Shown in pieces: positions 59,500 to 64,000 of a DNA stretch of 64,000 nt. Position numbers and translations under genes: made by a program. The DNA lies in the NCBI GenBank assembly GCA_001798855.1, contig MGQQ01000089.1, forward strand, positions 12,189-76,188. The letters are read 5' to 3'. Within the stretch, counting starts at the first letter, position 1, and the number at the start of each line of letters is the position of its first letter. This DNA comes from Deltaproteobacteria bacterium RBG_16_49_23. GTDB taxonomy: Bacteria; Desulfobacterota; BSN033; UBA1163. Below the pieces are notes generated by a model, which saw nothing but the letters and a program-made list of their open reading frames with translations, was not told the origin of the DNA and did not search any database.

Positions 59500-59716
59500 C
59501 TGACTGTATCCCTTAAGTCGGGAGGCTGGACACAAGGAGGGAACATACGACTGGTGTAATCGAGGCTTTCGCATACCCCACCCCCACCCCTGCCTGCGCC
59601 GAGGCTTCGGCAGGCAGGCTGAAAGGGAGGGTAATCGTCATGCGCTTCGCGTAATGCCTCCCCCTTCAAGGGGGAGGTGAGAAAGGGGATGGGGGATCTA
59701 TCGGAGTGCCCCTTGT
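59500..59716. mobile_element. Family E MITE (copy 3, inverted, one end truncated) with 30-bp nested insert (59589-59618)
   Basis: Reverse complement of the other copies; abuts CCCCCTTTGCTAAA. Confidence 0.75.
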
Positions 59717-59761
59717 CACCAACGACTTTTATTTTTGAAACCGATATGTTATTTAAAATCA

Positions 59762-60961
59762 ATGAAGTTTGAAAAAGGAATGCCGCCGGGCCCTTTAAAC
59801 GGCTCAAAAATGCTTGACCTTTCGAGGCTTTTGCCAGGCCCTTACTGTTCTCTTCTTCTGGCAGACCTTGGAATGGAAGTGCTAAAGGTAGAAGATCCTG
59901 AGCAGGGAGATTATATGCGGAAGATGGGCCCTGTCCGGAAAAGGGATAGCGCTTACTTTCTTGCATTGAACCGAAACAAGAAGAGCATGATCCTGAACCT
60001 TAAGTCCAAAGAGGGGAAGGAGATCTTTTGTAAATTGATCGAAACCTATGATATTGTTTTGGAGGGGTTCAGGCCCGGGGTGATGGATCGCCTGGAGATC
60101 GGATATCAGGAGCTGAAAAAGAAAAATCCCGGCGTGATTCTCTGTTCCCTTTCCGGATACGGACAGGATGGGCCTTACAGAGACCGATCCGGCCACGATA
60201 TTAATTACATCGGCCTGGGGGGCATCCTCGAATTAACCGGAACAAAGGAAACCGGTCCCGTGATCCCGGGGGTTCAAATTGCCGACATTGGAGGAGGGGC
60301 AATGATGGCCGCCTTAGCTATTTTAGCCGCTATCGTCCACCGCCAAAAAACGGGAGAGGGTCAGCATCTCGACGCCTCAATGCTTGACGGTGTCCTCTCC
60401 TGGCTCTCCATCCATGCAGGAAGATATCTGACGGATCAAAAACTTCCACAGAGGGGAGAAATGCACCTTTCGGGGAGGTATGCCTGTTATCAGGTCTACC
60501 CCACAAAGGATGAAAAGCACATGTCTCTGGGAGCGCTGGAGCCGAAATTCTGGAAGAACTTCTGTGAAGCCACCGGAAGAAAGGACCTCATCCTGAAACA
60601 GTTTATCGAAGGAGAGGAAAGGATCGGGATCATCGAAGAGATCAAAAATCTTTTTAAAACTAAAAACCAGAAGGAGTGGACTGACTTTTTCAAAGAGGTC
60701 GATGCATGCTGTGAACCTATTCTCACCTTTGATGAAGTTTTTCAGCACCCGCAGGCCCTCCACAGGAAAATGGTCATAGACTATGAGCATCCTGTCGAGG
60801 GAAAGGTCCAACAGGTCGGAAATCCCATTAAATCCTCCGCCTTCCCTTTTTCAGTCCCGACCCCTTCTCCCCAATGGGGAGAACACACGGTGGAGGTCCT
60901 GAGAGAGATAGGATACTCGGAGAGGGATATTGATCGGTTCAGGGAAGCCCATACTATTTAA
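59762..60961 (+). CDS. CaiB/BaiF family III CoA-transferase
   Basis: DLSRLLPGPY, NRNKKS, EGFRPG, GYGQDGP, GHDINY. Confidence 0.9.
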   Translation: MKFEKGMPPGPLNGSKMLDLSRLLPGPYCSLLLADLGMEVLKVEDPEQGDYMRKMGPVRKRDSAYFLALNRNKKSMILNLKSKEGKEIFCKLIETYDIVLEGFRPGVMDRLEIGYQELKKKNPGVILCSLSGYGQDGPYRDRSGHDINYIGLGGILELTGTKETGPVIPGVQIADIGGGAMMAALAILAAIVHRQKTGEGQHLDASMLDGVLSWLSIHAGRYLTDQKLPQRGEMHLSGRYACYQVYPTKDEKHMSLGALEPKFWKNFCEATGRKDLILKQFIEGEERIGIIEEIKNLFKTKNQKEWTDFFKEVDACCEPILTFDEVFQHPQALHRKMVIDYEHPVEGKVQQVGNPIKSSAFPFSVPTPSPQWGEHTVEVLREIGYSERDIDRFREAHTI

Positions 60962-61078
60962 GAAACACCAGACTCCAAGCACCAATAACGCCCCCCTACC
61001 CCCTCTTAAGCTAAGATGGGGTAGGGGGAGAGTTATTATTTGGAATTTGGTTATTGGGATTTTAATTGCGGTGAAGTG

Positions 61079-61294
61079 ATGCCTTCTAAAATCGAAATTG
61101 ACAAAGAGCGATGCAAAGGGTGCGCACTCTGCACCATCTCCTGTCCGAAGGAGTTGATACGGGTCGGAGAAGAGATCAACCGTCAGGGCTACTTTTTCGT
61201 CGTCTGGGATGATAACGGCTCCTGCACGGGTTGTGCGATCTGCGGAGAGATCTGTCCGGATGTGGCCATTCAGGTCTGGAGGGATAAAAGATAG
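61079..61294 (+). CDS. 2-oxoacid:ferredoxin oxidoreductase delta (ferredoxin) subunit
   Basis: CKGCALCTISCP, CTGCAICGEICPD. Confidence 0.88.
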   Translation: MPSKIEIDKERCKGCALCTISCPKELIRVGEEINRQGYFFVVWDDNGSCTGCAICGEICPDVAIQVWRDKR

Positions 61295-61329
61295 ATGGGG
61301 AGATAGGGAGATTAGGAGTTAGGGAGATA

Positions 61330-61498
61330 GTGGAATATTGGAACATTGGAATCCTAAAATACCAGAATATTGGAATCATGGAATATTGGAATATTGGGTT
61401 TAAGGCACAAACAATTTTCTGTTCTCTTTTTTTTCCATCATTCCATTATTCCATCATTCCAGTCTTTCATTCCGTCATTCCAACATTCCATTATTCCA
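61330..61498. repeat. Inverted octamer microsatellite arms (TGGAATAT-like / ATTCCA-like)
   Basis: About 8 degenerate 8-mers followed by their complements; same family at ~10932-11048. Confidence 0.75.
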
Positions 61499-61507
61499 GG
61501 TATATGT

Positions 61508-62566
61508 ATGGATCAAAATCTTGAGAAGATACTGGTGAGGGGAAACGAGGCCGTTGCGATGGGAGCCATCGATGCGGGATGCCGCCTCTTTTTCGGATAT
61601 CCTATCACCCCTCAGAACGAGATTCCGGAATATCTCTCCAAACACCTTCCTCCACTGGGCGGAGAGTTTATCCAGGCAGAGAGCGAGATCGCTTCGATCA
61701 ATCTCCTCTTGGGAGCTTCTGCAACCGGAGCCAGGGCCATGTCCTCCTCCTCCAGCCCCGGCATATCCCTCATGCAGGAGGGAATCTCCTATATGGCAGG
61801 AAGCGAGCTTCCCGCTGTAATCGTCAACATCTCAAGAAGCGGACCGGGCCTGGGAGGAATTTCTGCCTCTCAGGGCGATTATTTCCAGGCGACTCGGGGC
61901 GGGGGGCATGGAGATTATCGTATGATCGTCCTCGCTCCTTCCACAGTCCAGGAGATGTATGACCTCACCTGCCTGGCTTTTGATCTTTCCGATAAATACA
62001 GAAATCCGGCGATGATTCTTGGAGATGCCCTGATCGGCCAGATGAAGGAGCCTCTCATCCGAAGGAAACCTCAACAGATGGACCTTCCACCGAAGGATTG
62101 GAAGCTGACCGGTGCCAAGGGAAGAAAACCTAACAAAATAAAATCGCTCTACCTTCAGGAGGGCGAACTGACTGAGCATAACTGGAAGCTTTACCAGAAA
62201 TATGAGAAGATGAAAGAAGAGGAAGTCCGCTTCGAAACGGTCAATACGGAAGATGCCCGGTTTGTGATAGCGGCCTTCGGGAGCATGGCAAGGGTCTCAA
62301 AAACGGCTATGGAGCTGGCAAGAGAGGAAGGGATGAAGGTGGGTCTCTTCCGTCCCATTACCCTTTTCCCCTATCCCGAAAAAGCCCTTTACGATATTTC
62401 GACACGGGTTAAACAATTTTTGACTGTTGAACTGAATACAGGGCAGATGGTGGAAGATGTGAGGCTTTCAGTAGGCAGGGATGCACAGGTCTTTTTTTAT
62501 GGGAAACCACCGGGAGCCTTACCTCCGCCGGAAGAGATACTGGAGGAGATAAAAAAATATTACTGA
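61508..62566 (+). CDS. vorB: 2-oxoacid:ferredoxin oxidoreductase alpha subunit (VorB-like)
   Basis: GNEAVA, GYPITPQNE, SSSSPGISLMQE, QATRGGGHGDY; start refined to MDQNLE. Confidence 0.82.
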   Translation: MDQNLEKILVRGNEAVAMGAIDAGCRLFFGYPITPQNEIPEYLSKHLPPLGGEFIQAESEIASINLLLGASATGARAMSSSSSPGISLMQEGISYMAGSELPAVIVNISRSGPGLGGISASQGDYFQATRGGGHGDYRMIVLAPSTVQEMYDLTCLAFDLSDKYRNPAMILGDALIGQMKEPLIRRKPQQMDLPPKDWKLTGAKGRKPNKIKSLYLQEGELTEHNWKLYQKYEKMKEEEVRFETVNTEDARFVIAAFGSMARVSKTAMELAREEGMKVGLFRPITLFPYPEKALYDISTRVKQFLTVELNTGQMVEDVRLSVGRDAQVFFYGKPPGALPPPEEILEEIKKYY

Positions 62567-62704
62567 AAATGAATGTCAAATGCCAAAGTTCAAATTTCAA
62601 ATCAAGCTCAAATTTCAAAGCACAAATGGGCTGCGTTTTTGATATTTAGACATTTGTCATTCCCTTGGCATTTGGATTTTGCATTTGAACTTGAGGGGTT
62701 AAAA

Positions 62705-63457
62705 ATGGAACTCGTTTTTAAGCGTCCTGAATGTCTGATCGATGTCCCTTTCCACTTCTGCCCCGGATGTCACCATGGCATTGCTCACCGGCTGGTCGCA
62801 GAGGCGATCGATTATTTTAAGATCAGGGAGAAGACGATCGGGGTTGCCTCGGTGGGTTGTTCTGTCTTTATGTACGACTACTTCAATATTGATGTCCTTG
62901 AGGCTCCCCATGGAAGGGCGTCCGCTGTCGCCTCGGGGGTGAAGCGTGCGAGGAAGGATTTGATCGTCTTTACCATTCAGGGGGATGGAGATCTGGGAGC
63001 CATTGGAATCGGTGAAGGGATTCATACGGCCAACCGGGGTGAAAATATCACCCTTATCTTTGCCAACAATGGGATCTACGGGATGACGGGAGGACAGATG
63101 GCGCCCACGACCCTGCTCGGCCAGAAGACGACGACCAGTCCTTACGGAAGAGACTTCACCTATGATGGCTATCCCATTCGTATGGCCGAAATGATGGCGA
63201 CTCTCGAGGGCAGTGCATTTGTTGCCAGGGTGGCTGTCAACAATCCTGCTAACCTGATGAAGGCAAAGAAGGCCGTCCGAAAGGCATTTCAGATGCAGGT
63301 CGAAGAGATGGGTTTTTCATTTGTGGAAATCTTAATGTCCTGCCCCACCAATTGGGGGTTGTCCTCCCTGGAGGCCAACCGCCGCGTCGAAGAGGAGATG
63401 ATCCCCTACTTTCCGCTAGGAATTTTGAAAGAAAGGAAGATGGCAGACTACTTATGA
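62705..63457 (+). CDS. 2-oxoacid:ferredoxin oxidoreductase beta (TPP-binding) subunit
   Basis: FCPGCHHG, PHGRA, QGDGD, NNGIYGMTGGQ, CPTNW; start refined to MELVFK. Confidence 0.9.
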   Translation: MELVFKRPECLIDVPFHFCPGCHHGIAHRLVAEAIDYFKIREKTIGVASVGCSVFMYDYFNIDVLEAPHGRASAVASGVKRARKDLIVFTIQGDGDLGAIGIGEGIHTANRGENITLIFANNGIYGMTGGQMAPTTLLGQKTTTSPYGRDFTYDGYPIRMAEMMATLEGSAFVARVAVNNPANLMKAKKAVRKAFQMQVEEMGFSFVEILMSCPTNWGLSSLEANRRVEEEMIPYFPLGILKERKMADYL

Positions 63458-63587
63458 GAATAACCAACATCCAAATCCCAAACAATAACTCCCCCTCTCC
63501 CCCTCTTAATTTAAGAGGGGGAGAGGGGGGCGTTATTATATTGGAGCTTGGGATTTGGTTATTGGTTATTATAAGTTATGAGGTAGT

Positions 63588-64000
63588 ATGAATAACGATC
63601 GTTTCTATCACAATGTGATTGTTGCGGGATTCGGCGGTCAGGGAGTGCTGGCGATCGGAAACCTTCTTGCCTATGCCGCCATGAAAGAGGGAAGACAAGT
63701 CACCTTCCTTCCGACCTATGGAGTGGAGATGAGGGGCGGGACAGCCAACTGCACGGTTGTGATTTCATCCAGGGAAATCGGTTCCCCCATTGTACAACGG
63801 CCCCATGCCGTCATCTCCATGAACCTTCCCTCCCTCCTAAAATATGGCCCCAGAGTTTTGCCAAAAGGACTGCTGCTGGTTAATTCCTCTCTGATCGATC
63901 TTAAGGAATTCTCCTGTAACGATGTCGAGCTGCTTGCCATTCCGGTCAATGATATTGCCATCCAGAACAAAAACCCTAAACTGGCAAACATGATTGCATT
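63588..64000 (+). CDS. 2-oxoacid:ferredoxin oxidoreductase gamma subunit (runs off right edge)
   Basis: Manual translation MNNDRFYHNVIVAGFGGQGVL...PTYGVEMRGGTANC. Confidence 0.9.
   Translation, partial: MNNDRFYHNVIVAGFGGQGVLAIGNLLAYAAMKEGRQVTFLPTYGVEMRGGTANCTVVISSREIGSPIVQRPHAVISMNLPSLLKYGPRVLPKGLLLVNSSLIDLKEFSCNDVELLAIPVNDIAIQNKNPKLANMIA

Noticed and set aside
61370-61507. N-terminal extensions of ORF calls (also 62573-62704, 24781-24891, 32410-32484, 37275-37322)
   Set aside because: They translate intergenic repeats; better starts lie downstream where family similarity begins

Overview
64 kb from an anaerobic bacterium. Gene content (HdrABC, AOR, corrinoid methyltransferases, 2-oxoacid:ferredoxin oxidoreductase) and intergenic style suggest Desulfobacterota/Deltaproteobacteria; this is inference. 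From left to right: (1) a minus-strand run of pyruvate/oxaloacetate carboxyltransferase, lacI, mdh, split fumarase and hdrCBA under a perfect palindromic operator; (2) assorted radical SAM and hypothetical genes; (3) a Tat-exported Fe-S / aldehyde oxidoreductase / cytochrome b cluster; (4) a large divergent glycolate/glyoxylate and C1 gene neighbourhood: CoA ligase pair with ferredoxin and CitE-type lyase, 10-formyl-THF hydrolase-like protein, GlcDEF, Liv-type ABC transporter, corrinoid methyltransferase system, high-GC TRAP transporter, glyoxylate reductase, FadR-type regulator with two visible boxes, a second GlcD/F, a HOGA-like aldolase and an alanine-glyoxylate aminotransferase; (5) a ~4.4 kb defence islet with two toxin-antitoxin pairs next to degenerate attC-like sites, a type II R-M cassette that replaced the core of a large fused R-M gene, and a KTSC gene; (6) acetoacetyl-CoA synthetase with a Lys-rich tail, a CoA-transferase and a 2-oxoacid:ferredoxin oxidoreductase operon. 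Intergenic DNA holds nested non-autonomous elements: 30-34 bp hairpin inserts inside MITEs, and MITEs inserted into the loops of other repeats. Filled and empty alleles are both visible. No rRNA, tRNA, CRISPR array, integrase or transposase was recognised. All calls are by eye, without database searches.
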